64,000 nt of DNA from an uncultured Acidobacteriota bacterium (GTDB lineage: Bacteria > Acidobacteriota > Vicinamibacteria > Vicinamibacterales > UBA2999): assembly GCA_963839865.1 (NCBI GenBank), contig CAWIWS010000006.1:10641-74640 (forward strand). The letters run 5' to 3'. Made by a program: the position numbers and the translations under genes. The notes below the pieces were generated by a model that saw only the letters and a list, made by a program, of their open reading frames with translations, searched no databases and was not told the DNA's origin. Shown in pieces: positions 1-11,246 of the stretch (positions are counted from its first letter, which is position 1; the number at the start of each line of letters is the position of its first letter).

Positions 1-106
1 CGAGGATGACGATGGCCTTCTCGGCCGGGACTTGAGCGGTGCGGCACGCTCCCGAGAGGAAGGCGGCGGCGACAATGGCGAGAAATGCACGCCGGGCAAG
101 GCTCAC
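1..106 (-). CDS. 5' end of a probable lipoprotein, truncated by window edge
   Basis: Manual translation from GTG at 106: MSLARRAFLAIVAAAFLSGACRTAQVPAEKAIVIL; signal peptide with lipobox-like SGAC. Confidence 0.5.
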   Translation of the reverse strand, partial: MSLARRAFLAIVAAAFLSGACRTAQVPAEKAIVIL

Positions 107-139
107 TCCGTGAGTGTATCAGGGGATACGATCAGGATC

Positions 140-1656
140 GTGGACGACCAGTCGGCGGTCATCGCGTTCCTCGGCGGACCCCGCCACCCACGGCGGCAAC
201 GCCGTGGAACGCATCGACACGCACAGCGCCCACGTCTTCCTCGCGGGCGACAGCGCGTACAAATTGAAACGCGCCGTCCGCTACGATTTTCTCGACTTCT
301 CCACCATCGACCTGCGGCGCGCGGCGTGCGAGGCTGAAGTCCGCCTCAACACGCGCACGGCGCCGGACGTCTACCTGAAAGCCGAGCGCATCACACGCGA
401 GTCGGACGGCCGCCTCGCGATCGGCGGCATCGGCGACGCCGTGGACTGGGTCGTCGTGATGCGGCGCTTCGACCAGGACGGCCTCCTCGATCGCCTGGCC
501 GCGAAGCGCGCGCTGCCCCTCTCCCTGATGCCGCAGCTCGCGGACGTCGTCGGACGGCTGCATGCCTCCGCGGACGCGAGGCCGGACCACGGGGGAGTCA
601 GAGGCATGTCGTGGGTTGTCGAAGGCAACGCCGCGGTGTTCGAGGAATACGCCGACGTGCTGCCGCGCGACGCGGCCACGCGCGTCATCGCGCTCTCACG
701 CGCCGCCCTCACGAGACATGCGGCGCTCCTCGACTCCCGCCGGGCCACCGGGCACGTCCGGCAGGGTCACGGCGACCTCCACCTCCGGAACATCGTCCTC
801 ATCGATGGCTCGCCGGTGCTGTTCGATGCGATCGAGTTCAACGACCGCATCGCGTGCACGGACGTGCTCTACGACGTCGCGTTCCTGGTGATGGATTTGC
901 TCCGCACCGGATTCCGCCGCGCACGCCACGGTTTTCCTCAACCGGTATCTCGAAGCGCACGACGAGCTGGGCGGCCTCGCGCTGATGCCGCTCTTCCTTT
1001 CCTGCCGCGCGGCGGTTCGCGCGAAGGTGACGGCGATGGAGGCCCGGCTTTCGCGTGGGGAGCCTGCCGAACGCGATCGCGCGCTCGCGCGCACGTTCCT
1101 GGAAGAAGCCGAGGCATTCCTGCGACCGTCGTCTCCACGGTTGATCGCCGTCGGCGGATTGTCGGGCACCGGGAAGTCCACGCTGGCCGCGAGGCTCGCG
1201 CCCGGCCTGGGCGCACCTCCCGGCGCGATCGTGTTGAGGAGCGACGTGATTCGTAAGCTGCTGTTCGGGCTGCCACCGGAGACGCGGCTCGGCCCTGAGG
1301 GCTACACGGCCGATGTCTCGCGCGAGGTCTATGCGAGCCTGGCCGCGCGCGCCACGAGCGCCCTCGAGGCTGGCTTCACAGTGATTGCCGATGCGGTGTT
1401 CGCGGACCCGGAGAAGCGGCTGTCGATCGAGACCGCCGCGCGCGCCGCGGGAGTGCCGTTCACCGGACTCTGGCTGGACGCGCCCGTCGACCTGATGCGC
1501 ACGCGCGTGGAGGCGCGGACGAGCGACGCGTCGGATGCGACCGCGAGCGTGATCGAACGCCAGGCGGCGAAGGGCCTCGGCCACGTGTCGTGGCATCGCA
1601 TCGCGGCGGGGGACGGGCCGGACGAGACGGAGCAGCGCGCGCGAGCGATCCTGTAG
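140..1656 (+). CDS. Bifunctional aminoglycoside-phosphotransferase-like / AAA_33 P-loop kinase protein (frameshifted)
   Basis: THSAHVFLAGDSAYKLKR, GHGDLHLRNI, FDAIEFN in ORF 114-1256; Walker A GGLSGTGKST, RSDVIRK and SDA motifs in ORF 985-1656. Confidence 0.85.
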
Positions 1657-1668
1657 CTCCCCGGAGTC

Positions 1669-1881
1669 TATCCACAGATTTCACGGATGACACAGATGGG
1701 CAATGCCGCGCCTGCGCGGGGAGCCGGTCAACGACCGGGCTCCCAACAGCGCGCGAGCGCGACCTCGTGAGCCACTGGTGATCGCCGGGCTCACGAGTCG
1801 CGCGCGCGCGCTGTTGGGCGGCGCTTCGCGCCGCCCCGCGCGGGCCGGAGTCATCTGTGTAATCTGCGTAATCTGTGGATA
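1669..1881. repeat. 213-bp multi-hairpin palindromic element between convergent genes
   Basis: 30-bp imperfect terminal inverted repeats (1669-1698 / 1852-1881), inner IR 1742-1773 / 1788-1818, plus small side hairpins. Confidence 0.85.
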
Positions 1882-1897
1882 AACGTTGTTTCGGGGG

Positions 1898-2245
1898 TTA
1901 CCCGTCGATCACGACGCCGCCACAAGCGTCACACTTGCCCGTCGCGGCGGCCACGCGCTCCGACGCGTCTTTCAACATCGCGTTGCATTGCGGGCATCGC
2001 GGCCGGGCGGCACGGCGGCGCCGCTCGAAGCGCCATACGAGCCACCCCACCATCGCGATGTACGCCGCGAACACGGTGCCGGTGAGTTCGAGCCGGGGAT
2101 CATCCGCGAGATTCGCGCTGGCCCACCGAATCAGGACCAGCTGCGCGAGGCCCAATCCGACCGCCACGGCGGCAACGATGCGGCCGTCGGATTGCTCGAT
2201 CTTCCTCACCGCCGCGCGCTGCGCGTCGAACGACTCGCGATTCAT
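1898..2245 (-). CDS. Small membrane protein with C-terminal Zn-ribbon
   Basis: Two hydrophobic segments followed by CPQC...CDAC. Confidence 0.65.
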   Translation of the reverse strand: MNRESFDAQRAAVRKIEQSDGRIVAAVAVGLGLAQLVLIRWASANLADDPRLELTGTVFAAYIAMVGWLVWRFERRRRAARPRCPQCNAMLKDASERVAAATGKCDACGGVVIDG

Positions 2246-2291
2246 GTCTCAACGTTTGTACACCATCCGGCGCGCGACGAGGACCCCTGCG

Positions 2292-2747
2292 CTACGCCGG
2301 CGCGATCGCCACCTTGCGGTGCTGGCTGATGGCGCGCATCGCGTCAACGATGGCCTCGGGCCTGGCGGACTTGCCGTCCCCGAACAGCACGATGTCGTTC
2401 ATCGAGACGATGCCGACCAGTGCGCCGTGTTCGTCGATCACGGGCAACCGGTGGACCTGGTGATCGCGCATCGCCGCGAGCGCCTTCGCCACGTCGTCTG
2501 CGGGCGCCACGCCGATGACCCGGCGTGAGGTCACCTCGTCGGCGGTGATGCGCGCGGCCGGGCCTCCCTTGGTCGCCACGGCCATGCAGATGTCCCGATC
2601 GGTGATCACCCCGGCCACGTGGCCCATCTGGTCCACGATCGGCAGGAGGCCGCAATCGTGGTCCCACATCAGCTTGGCGGCTTCGGCAAGGTTGGTTCCA
2701 GGCGCGCACGCGACAACGTTGGTTGTCATCAGTTCAGAAACCTTCAT
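2292..2747 (-). CDS. CBS domain protein
   Basis: MKVSELMT, GLLPIVD, GVITDRDI, HRLPVID, GIVSMNDI form a tandem CBS pair. Confidence 0.9.
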   Translation of the reverse strand: MKVSELMTTNVVACAPGTNLAEAAKLMWDHDCGLLPIVDQMGHVAGVITDRDICMAVATKGGPAARITADEVTSRRVIGVAPADDVAKALAAMRDHQVHRLPVIDEHGALVGIVSMNDIVLFGDGKSARPEAIVDAMRAISQHRKVAIAPA

Positions 2748-2770
2748 CGATTCACCCTCGGGTGAATTCA

Positions 2771-2786
2771 TGCAGGTAGCGCGCCA
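2771..2786 (-). promoter_or_regulatory. Putative sigma54 (-24/-12) promoter for the CBS gene
   Basis: TGGCGC-GCTAC-CTGCA on minus strand, about 25 nt upstream of the ATG. Confidence 0.5.
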
Positions 2787-2966
2787 CGGCGCGCGCATCG
2801 GCGCCATCTCGGATGGCCTTGCGGGATAAGGTGTTACGCCGGATGCAATTCACCCTGGAAGCAGGCTGGCGAGGTCTCGCTGCCGGGTACCCGCCACACC
2901 GCCGAGCCTTCCCCACCGGCGCCGAGGCGCCGGCCCCACGTGCCCCACCGCGGGTGACCGACGGCC

Positions 2967-4573
2967 CTACTTGCGCTGGAGGTAGCTCCATGTGGCCGGC
3001 GGCGCCAAGCCCTCGAGCGCGAGGGTCTTCACGACGCCGCTCGCCAGATCGATTGCGCGAATCGCGTGGTTGTTCGTGTCGGCCACGTATAGCGTCGCGC
3101 CTTGCCCTGAGCGAGCGTCCGCGCGAGTCGAAGGGGCCACGGACAACCCACCCGGCTCGAAGAACCGCGCGCCGGCTGCCGGTCCATCGGTGTGTCCCGC
3201 CTGCCCCGTTCCCGCAACCGTCGTCACGGCACCGGTCTTTGGATCGAGCACCTTGATCTTGTGGTTGTAGGTGTCCGCGATGTACACGCGGCCCTCGTGC
3301 ACGGCCACGCCCAGGGGATGCTGCAACCGCGCCTTGTCGCCCTTGGCGTCCACGTCACCAAACTCGAAGAGATCGCCTCCGGCAAGCGTCGTCACCGTGT
3401 TCGTGGGCGGCAGCGCCACCGCGCGGATGATGTTGGCCTCCGCGTCCGCCACGTACAGCGTGTCCCCGTCGATCGCCAGCCCGGACGGCTGCGCGAAGGT
3501 CGCCGTCCTCACGGGCCGTCCTTCCGCGCCTCCTCGCCCGTGCCCGCGTAGGGGTACGCCTGGTCGTGCAGGAGATCGATCACCCACAACTGGTGCGGGC
3601 CGGCCATCGCGATCATCAGGATGCCGCGCTTGAGCGCGAGATCCCACGGGGAGTTGAGGTCCAGCCGCAGCGCGTCGCCGCCGTCGCCGCTCCACCCGCC
3701 CTGCTTGCCGGTGCCCGCCACCGTGTGGACCATCCGCGCCTGGAAATCGACGGCGCGGACCTGGTGGTTCTCGGTGTCGGCGACGTAGAGGGTCTCCTCG
3801 TCAAGCGCAAGGCCCTGCGGCCGGTAGAAGCGCGCCTGCGGGAAGATGGCGTCGTTGTCGCCCTGCAGCCCGGAGCCCACCGTTTCGATCACGCGGCCGT
3901 CGAGCGACGCGACGACGATGCGGTTGTGGTTGGAGTCGGAGATGAAGAGGCGATCGCCCTTTGCGTCGGCGAGGACCTTGCCGGGATACAAGAGCGGCCG
4001 GTCCGGGATGTCTCGCGCGCTCGAGCGTGAGCGGCAGCGGCGCGCGATTGATCGGCTTGCCCTGAGCGGCTCGCCGGCCACCGGAGTCGACGGGCCGTCG
4101 AAGACGCGAATGACGGTGCGGATCGCGTCGATGAACCCGTCGAGGTTGCCCTCGCCCATCGCGGTGCCCACGAGGTTGCCGGCCGGGTCGATGATGACGC
4201 GTGTGGGCCACGCCTGCACGCCGTACGCGCGCCAGATGGCGTGGTTGGCGTCGTTCGCGACGGGATGCTCGATCTCGTAGCGCACGAGGATGCGCCGCAG
4301 GTTCTCCGTGACCTTCTCGTTGGCGAACTTCGGCGAGTGCACGCCGATCACGACGAGCTCGTCGGGGAAGCGCTGCTCGAGCGTCTTCAGGTCCCGCAGG
4401 ATGTGCATGCAGTTGACGCATCCGTAGGTCCAGAAGTCGAGGATCACCACCTTGCCGCGCAGCTGCGCCATGGTGATGGGCGCGGACACGTTCAACCAGT
4501 CGACCGCTCCCGCGAGTTCCGGTGCGGCAATCGGGCCCTGGGCCTCAGGCGCGTGTTCTTCTCCGTCTGCCAT
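2967..4573 (-). CDS. Thioredoxin-like + NHL repeat protein (NHLRC2-like; frameshifted)
   Basis: LDFWTYGCVNC, IGVHSPKF, AWPT; repeated LYVADT/SNHxIR NHL blades. Confidence 0.9.
3101..3135. repeat. REP-like element copy inside the NHL gene
   Basis: cttgccctgagcgagcgtccgcgcgagtcgaaggg; encodes PSTRADARSGQG. Confidence 0.75.
4056..4094. repeat. REP-like element copy in the Trx-NHL linker
   Basis: cttgccctgagcggctcgccggccaccggagtcgacggg. Confidence 0.7.
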
Positions 4574-4576
4574 TCG

Positions 4577-6060
4577 TCAGCGCCCTGCGGCGCGCGTGGC
4601 CGCGCGCAGCCAGTCCGCGCGCGCCACGGTGTCTTCGCGGTCGAGCCACGTGTCCACCGGCCACGGGAGGCGCCACGTCCAGTTGATGTCGTCCACGACG
4701 GCCGGCGTGTTGATGCGGTCGGTCCAGCCGAACACGTCCTGCACCAGCATCAGCGAGAGCGCGGACCCGGCGGAGAGCAGCGACAGCAGCACGGCCTCGC
4801 GCCCGGCCTCGGTCTTCCCGTCCTCGGTGGCGGCCAGCGGCGCGATGTCGTGCGAACCGGTGGTCGCCACGGACAGCTCGGGGAATTCGCGCGGGTCGAT
4901 CGGCGCTGCGCCGGGCCGGTCCCAGTGCTTCTCCCAGCGGAGGACCTTGAGGCCGGGGAGCGAGAGGCGCATCATCGATTCGCGGACGAAGGGCGGGATC
5001 ACGCCCAGGTCCTCGGCGATGACCTCGGACGCGGGCTTCCCTCCTCGCCACAGGATCTCGACGAGCGTCTCGCCGAGCGCGATCTGCGCTTCCTCCTCGG
5101 CCGGCGAGAAGAACGCCGGCGTCGCCGGGTCGATGGGGCGGATGTAGGTCCGGTAGAGGCCCACCAGGTGATCGATGCGGAAGCCGTCGTAAAGCGCCGC
5201 GTAGCGGCGGGCGCGCGAGCGCATCCACGCGAACCGTTCTCGGACATGGCCTCCCATCGCCATGGCGGCAGGCCCCAGTCCTGGCCCGTCTCGCTGAAGG
5301 CGTCGGGCGGCACGCCGATGGTGGCGTCGAAACGGAACTCGCCCTGCCGTGTCCAGACGTCCGGGCTGTCGGCCGAGATCATGAACGGCAGGTCGCCGAA
5401 GATACGCGTGGGCCACGCGAGCCGTTTGGCCTCGCTCCACTGCTCGCACGCAATCCACTGCAGATAGCGCCGGTAGCTGATCTCGCCGTGGAGCGCCCGG
5501 CGCGCCTGGTCCACCGCTTCGGCCTCCGCGCGCGAGAGCGGGTCCGGCCAATCCTGCCACCGGTGCTCCTCGTGCAGGGCGTGCAGCGAGCGGAAGAGCG
5601 CGTAGTCGTCGAGCCACCAGCGCTCGCGCGCGCAGAACTGGTCGAAGCGCGCCGCCCGCGGCGTGCCGCGCGCGACCTCGAGGCGCAGGAAGCGAATCCC
5701 ACGACCGGCGGAGCCACCGCTCCTTCATCTGCCGCACGCCGACGTAGCGAATCCGCTCCGACTGCCGCAGCGCGGCCAGTTCCGACTTGTCCGCGAGGTC
5801 GAAGGCCAGCTCCCCGCCGATGGCGGTGAAGTCCGGGACGTCGGCCATCGAGATGTAGATCGGATCGAGCGCCATCGCCGTCATCGCCGAATACGGCGAC
5901 GTTCCATCGGCGGCATCTCGTTGATCGGCAGGATCTGCAGCACGCGCTGCCCCGCCTCCGCCGCCCATCGCGAGAACGGCGCGAGGTCACGAAACTCCCC
6001 GATGCCCCAGCCCTGGGAGGACACGAGCGAGAAGAGCGGGACGATGAGGCCGCTTTGCAC
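4577..6060 (-). CDS. malQ: 4-alpha-glucanotransferase (GH77; frameshifted)
   Basis: SGLIVPLFSL..WGIGEF, LQILPIN, SPYS, FGDLPF, GVPPDAFSETGQDWGLP, RIDHLVG, IAEDLG, INTP..NWTWR. Confidence 0.9.
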
Positions 6061-7229
6061 TAGCGCTTCTTTCCTGCCGCGCGGGCTGAGGACGCGCGAC
6101 ACGCCGGCTTCGAACGCGGCCGGCTCGAGGAGGAGGCTCACCACGACGTGGGCGCCGCTCGTGAAGTCGAAGAAATATCCCGGGTGCACGAGCACATCGT
6201 CCTGCTCGAGGAGGTCGAGGGCGAGCGCCTCTTCGGTGCCCACGGCCGGCACCTGCAGCACGGCGGACCAGCCGCCTTCCACGGGGAGCACCGTCACCTC
6301 GGGGAACGCCGCCGCGGCCCGCGCAGCCGCGCGAGGTTGCGCCGTGACGCGCGCGAATCTGCCGCCGGATCGCGGCGCCGCGCTCGAGAAACGCCGGGGC
6401 GGCCACCTGCGCCGGCGTGGACGCCGACAGGTAGGTGTCGGCGACGATCTCGTAGCCGGCCAGCGCGTGATCGATCGCGCGCTGCGGTCCGCCGAAGCCG
6501 ATCCATCCGAGCTTGACCTGCGGCAGGCCGGCGGATTTCGACAGGCCGCCGAGCGCGAAGGTCAGGACCTCGTTCTGTGACAGCACGCAGGCGGCGTGCG
6601 GCGCGGGGTCGAGCGGGTAGTCGGCGAACACCTCGTCGCCGATCATCGCCCACTGCTGCTCGGCGCAGATCGCGGCGACGGCCGCGAGGTCGTCGCGGTG
6701 AAGGAACGATCCCGTGGGGTTGTTCGGCGACACGATCATAGCGCGCGCACCCCGGGCACGGCGCGCGCCGCACCGAATCGAGGTCGATGCGCCAGGCGCC
6801 GTGGTATTCGAGGTCGTACGGCACGGCGGTGATCGACTCGAGGCGCGTGAGGTGTTCGAAGAGCGGATAGCTCGGCCGCGGCACGAGGACGCTCTCGCCC
6901 GCGTCGCAGAGGAGCTTGAAGAGCAGCGCGTAGGCCTCGCTGGTGCTGGCCGTGACGGCCACGCGGTCCGCGGAAAGGACGATCCCGCGCCGGCGGAAGT
7001 CCGAGGCCACGGCCGCGCGCGCGGACCACAGGCCCAGCGGGAGCGGGTTGTACTCGAGGCCGGCCGGGTCCGCCAGCGGCGCGAGCAGGTCGACCGGGTA
7101 TACGAGGCCCACGCGGGTCGGATTCGACTCGGTCAGATCGATCACCGGGACGTTGCGCCGGCGCTTGCCGTCGATCGCGCGCGACAGCGCGTTGGGCTCG
7201 AGGCTCGGCGGAAGCCGCGACGAGATCAT
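6060..7229 (-). CDS. PLP-dependent aminotransferase class I/II (frameshifted)
   Basis: DLTESNPT, TASTSEAY, PSYPLF, SPNNPTG, DEVF, GLSKSAGLPQVKLGW, HPGYFF. Confidence 0.88.
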
Positions 7230-7235
7230 GTCATC

Positions 7236-9296
7236 TCAGCGGCCGACCAGTTCGACGCGCTGGATGACGTCGCCTTCGAGCACGCCATCGACGGCGTCCA
7301 TGCCGTCGATGACGGAGCCGAACACGGTGAAGAGGTGATCGAGGCGCGGCGAGTCCACGAGGTTGACGAAGATCTGCGCGTCGCCGGTGTCGCGGCCGCG
7401 CGTCGAGACGCCGACGGTGCCCCGCAGGTGCAGGCCCACTTCATCGCGCATGTAGAAGGCGTCGCCGCTGTACTCGTTGGCGCCCGGGCTGCCGCCCTGG
7501 ATGACGAAGTTGGGCGCGATGCGGTGGAACGTCAGCCCGTTGTAGTAGCCCTCGCCCGCCCGGCGCGCGATGCGCAGCGCCGAGAGCGGCGCGGCGTCCA
7601 CGTCCAGCCCCACGTCGAAGGAGCCGCCGCCGGCCATCACGAAGCGCAGCGACTTGCCGCGCAGCGCGTTGACGGCGGCCAGCGTCACGCCGGGCGCAGG
7701 CAGCGGCTGCGGCGCGGGCGTGCGCGGGGACTTGGTCCACTCCTGCAGGATCTCGGCGGTCTTCTCCGCGACCCTGGGGTCGAAGTCCTTGAGATAGCCC
7801 TCGAGGTTGATCGCCTGATCGGCGGCGTTCAACGCCTGCAGCCGCGACAGGATCGCCATGCGCGGATCGCGCGAGGTGTCCCTGTGATCCCTGGTGATGC
7901 GGCCGAGCGCGGTGACGAGCGCGGGCACGGCCTTCGGCGCGCCAGCGGGATCCGTGAGGCCCTTGGTCGCCGTGATCACGAGCTGGTAGTCCGGGCGGGT
8001 CAACGCCTCGAGCGCGAGCACGACCGCTTCCGGGCGCTTGGCGTCGATGAGCGCCGAGAGCGCCGCTTCCCGGACGTTGTCGTTGGCGTCGCGGGCCAGG
8101 GTGGCGAGCACGTCAAAGGCGGCGAGGGTCGCGGCCGCGCGCGCGGCGTACATCCGCACCTGCCACGTCGCGTGGGTCGCGTAGCGCGGCAGCGCCTTGC
8201 CCCCCTCCGCGGGCGTCGTCTTTGCGAGCGACACGAGCGCGTGCGCGGGCGCATGCCAGGTCCGCGGCTGCGTGGAGAGCGCTTCGACGAGCACCGCAAG
8301 GTCGGTGGAGGGGCCGTCGGCCGCGGGGCAGCCGTTGCCCAGCTGATCGATCGCCTGGAGCTTCACGTGCGGGTCGGCGTCCTTGACGGCCGCGCGCACC
8401 GGGGCGCACGACGTCTTCTGCAGCTGGCGTCCCCACGCGCGGAGGCCCTCCCAGCGCACGTGCGCGTCCTTGTCGGCGAGGGCGCGCCTGAGGAGGCCCT
8501 CGCGGTCCTCCAGGACGCCATCCGCGCCCGCGGCTTGCGCCGCCAGCCGGCGGACCTCCGCGTCGCTGTCGAGCAGCGCGCGGTCGATCACGGAGGGCGT
8601 CGCCTCGTTGCCGGTGATGAGCGCGGCCATCGCCAGCCGGCGGGTCAGCGCGGAACGCGGATCGGCGGCGGGGCGCTGGGCCGTCGCCGCCCAGCGGAGG
8701 AGATCCCAGGTGCGTCCGTTGAAAGTGCCGAGCTTCCGCGCGCGCGCCGTTCGCGCGAGCGACTCGAAGCCGCGGACCGATCCGACGAGCGCCGCCGCTT
8801 CCACGTCGTTGAACGAATCCGGCGCGGGCAGCCCCTGCATCAGCACGGCCTCCGCCTGGCCGACTTGCGCGGCCGTGTCATACGGCAGTCGGCCGAGCGC
8901 GGCCACGATCTCGCCCCACGATTCCCACGTGCCCAGCCCCGCGTCGACACCCGCGCGGTCGATCAGCAGGCGCTGCACTTCCACGACCGCCTCGGGCGTG
9001 CGCGCCATCTGGGCCAGGGCGTCCGCCGCCTCGGCGCGAACGCCGACGTTGTCGGCAAGCGCGGGCGCGACCCAGCGAATCTGCTCGGGCTGCTCGAGGC
9101 GGCCGAGCGCGCGAATCCCGCGTCGCCGCTGCGCGCCGTCGGCCATCGCGTCGCGAATCATCGCCGCGTTGCGGGTGTCCTCGCCGATCAGGATCTTCTC
9201 GAGCGCCGCGGCCTGCGCTTGCGCCGGCGGCTGCGGCTGTGCAAACGCCGGCACCGACATCAACGCGAGGGTCAGGGCGAGTAGCAGTTTCTGCAT
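7236..9296 (-). CDS. Secreted HEAT-repeat protein with C-terminal cyclophilin-type peptidyl-prolyl isomerase
   Basis: Signal peptide; repeated DxxxxVRxxA units; YYNGLTFHRIAPNFVIQGG, GRDTGDAQIFVN, FGSVIDGMD. Confidence 0.88.
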   Translation of the reverse strand: MQKLLLALTLALMSVPAFAQPQPPAQAQAAALEKILIGEDTRNAAMIRDAMADGAQRRRGIRALGRLEQPEQIRWVAPALADNVGVRAEAADALAQMARTPEAVVEVQRLLIDRAGVDAGLGTWESWGEIVAALGRLPYDTAAQVGQAEAVLMQGLPAPDSFNDVEAAALVGSVRGFESLARTARARKLGTFNGRTWDLLRWAATAQRPAADPRSALTRRLAMAALITGNEATPSVIDRALLDSDAEVRRLAAQAAGADGVLEDREGLLRRALADKDAHVRWEGLRAWGRQLQKTSCAPVRAAVKDADPHVKLQAIDQLGNGCPAADGPSTDLAVLVEALSTQPRTWHAPAHALVSLAKTTPAEGGKALPRYATHATWQVRMYAARAAATLAAFDVLATLARDANDNVREAALSALIDAKRPEAVVLALEALTRPDYQLVITATKGLTDPAGAPKAVPALVTALGRITRDHRDTSRDPRMAILSRLQALNAADQAINLEGYLKDFDPRVAEKTAEILQEWTKSPRTPAPQPLPAPGVTLAAVNALRGKSLRFVMAGGGSFDVGLDVDAAPLSALRIARRAGEGYYNGLTFHRIAPNFVIQGGSPGANEYSGDAFYMRDEVGLHLRGTVGVSTRGRDTGDAQIFVNLVDSPRLDHLFTVFGSVIDGMDAVDGVLEGDVIQRVELVGR

Positions 9297-9326
9297 CGTT
9301 TTCTGGGGTTTCGGGGCCTGACCCCG

Positions 9327-11246
9327 TTACAACTGGCAAGAATACTCAAGCATCTGGGTGGTCAGATCGCAAGGATATGAAATCTGCACATCCGTGATCT
9401 CGCCGTCCGGGCCCCGGACCGGCTGGAGCCGGGGCATCACGAAGCCGGTATACGACGGCAAGTTTAGGTGGTCCACTCGGGCCACCACCTCGTCCCTCAA
9501 TTCCGGGTCGAAATGCACGCCGTAGGTTTCAAACAACGCCTTGGCCGCCGCGTGGTCGCCCTCGGACTTGATGCGCTGCACCTCGGCCAGCAGCCGCGCC
9601 ACCCCGGCATGAAACTGGTCGGTGTCGGCCACGACGAAGTACGTCTTCTCGTCGCGCCGGCGGACGTCGATCGCCTTGGTGTTCGCCAGCAGCCAATGGA
9701 CGATGGCCTGGCGGTTGCGCATGTGGTCTTCCTCGAGCTGCGCGCCTTCGCGGACGCGCCGGAGCTGCACGAGCGCGTTGCGCGCGTAGGCCTCGTACTC
9801 CGTCTGCACGATCGCCTGTTGCTCGTCCTTCGGCACGAGGCCGAGCTCCGCGAGATACGGATCGGCGACGAAGTACAGGGCCACCAGGTCCGCGCGTGAT
9901 TCCTCCAGCGCGGAGTACTGCTCCTTGAGCAGATCCTGCGGCGTCATGGTGATGCCTTCCGCCATGCGGCCTGAGCCGTGCCCGAGCACCTCGTGGATCT
10001 CGGTGGTCAACTCGCCGGCAAACGCGCCCCAGCGCTTCGCGCGCTCGACCTCCGCGGAATCCCACGCGAACTCCTGCCGGAAGCTGTCGGGGGTGGACTG
10101 CTCGTACGCCTCGAGGACGTTCGAGAGCGACACGGACTTGCTGCCGTACTGCTCGCGGATGCGCTGATCGTTCGGCAGGTTCACGCCGATCGGCGTGATG
10201 GGCCCGGAGTCCCCGATCTCCACCACGACCTCGATGGCCTGCGCCGACACGCCCGTCACCGTCGGCTTGCGGTACCGCGGGTCCACCGGCATGCGGTCCT
10301 CGAACCACTGCGCGTGCGTCGCCAACGCCTGGATCTTGTCGGTCTTCTCGTGGTTGGCGTAATAGACCACGCCTTCCCACGCGCCCTTCATCCCGCGGGC
10401 GTCCGTGTAGACCTCGATGAAACCGTTCATCGTGTCCACCGACGAGTGGCGGTTCTGCACCCACGCGATGTCGAAGGCCTCGCGGTCGGCCTCCTCGCCG
10501 GTCTCGTACCACCGGATGAGCGCGGTCAGCGCGCGCGCCAGTCCCTCCGGCGCGTGCGGCACGGCCTGGCGCAGGTGCTTCACGATGTTGCGGATCTGGT
10601 GGTCGTAGAGCCCGCCAATCCGGTAGACCTCCTCGACCAGCTGCCCGTCGCGCTTGGCCAGGCGGGAGTTGAGCTGGTTCCGCTCCGTGAAGCCGTCGAG
10701 GTCCGACATCTTCACGCCGTCGTAGAAGTTGTTGGCGCTGCGTTCCAGGATGTCGTGGCCGTCACCAGGGGTCTTGTTGGTGACCATCGGCTCGAAGTCC
10801 GGATCGAAGAACATCGGCGCGAGCCGTCCGACGAGCTCCGCGACGCCCTCCCCGGGCACGAGCTCGAAGATCGCGCCGTTCGCCCGGGCCGTCTCGGCCG
10901 CGCGCACCAACTCCGCCTGGTCGAGCCGCAACAGGAACTTGCGCGCGGTCAGGTTGTTGTACGGGCCGGTGTTGATCCAGAACAACTTCGTGTAGCGCGT
11001 GATCTCCGCGAGCGTCGCCTCGGGAATGCCGGCGCCGTTGGCCACGATCGCCTCGAGCAGCTTCCGCATCGGCAGGTTGAGGCGATGCCGCTGGTCGTAA
11101 TAGATGTCCCGGCCCGCGAGCGCCGCCTCGTACAGGTGCCAGACGAGGATCTTCTCCCGGAGCGGCAGCCCCTCGAAGCCGTCGGCGTAGAGCTGCACCA
11201 CCGCCGCGTCGTCAATCTGTTCGAGCAGGTACGGCCGCGAGCTCAC
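9327..11246 (-). CDS. Dipeptidyl peptidase III (family M49)
   Basis: HEVLGH (HExxGH) and EESRAD zinc motifs; IGVNLPN, GSKSV. Confidence 0.92.
   Translation of the reverse strand: MSSRPYLLEQIDDAAVVQLYADGFEGLPLREKILVWHLYEAALAGRDIYYDQRHRLNLPMRKLLEAIVANGAGIPEATLAEITRYTKLFWINTGPYNNLTARKFLLRLDQAELVRAAETARANGAIFELVPGEGVAELVGRLAPMFFDPDFEPMVTNKTPGDGHDILERSANNFYDGVKMSDLDGFTERNQLNSRLAKRDGQLVEEVYRIGGLYDHQIRNIVKHLRQAVPHAPEGLARALTALIRWYETGEEADREAFDIAWVQNRHSSVDTMNGFIEVYTDARGMKGAWEGVVYYANHEKTDKIQALATHAQWFEDRMPVDPRYRKPTVTGVSAQAIEVVVEIGDSGPITPIGVNLPNDQRIREQYGSKSVSLSNVLEAYEQSTPDSFRQEFAWDSAEVERAKRWGAFAGELTTEIHEVLGHGSGRMAEGITMTPQDLLKEQYSALEESRADLVALYFVADPYLAELGLVPKDEQQAIVQTEYEAYARNALVQLRRVREGAQLEEDHMRNRQAIVHWLLANTKAIDVRRRDEKTYFVVADTDQFHAGVARLLAEVQRIKSEGDHAAAKALFETYGVHFDPELRDEVVARVDHLNLPSYTGFVMPRLQPVRGPDGEITDVQISYPCDLTTQMLEYSCQL

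Noticed and set aside
140-1656. Aminoglycoside resistance gene
   Set aside because: Belongs to the widespread APH-like/AAA_33 fusion family of unknown function, not a bona fide APH
6714-9284. 856-aa plus-strand ORF (and similar long antisense ORFs such as 56425-59202, 53270-55060, 9978-11591)
   Set aside because: Shadow ORFs opposite well-supported genes, expected at this GC content; no recognisable motifs
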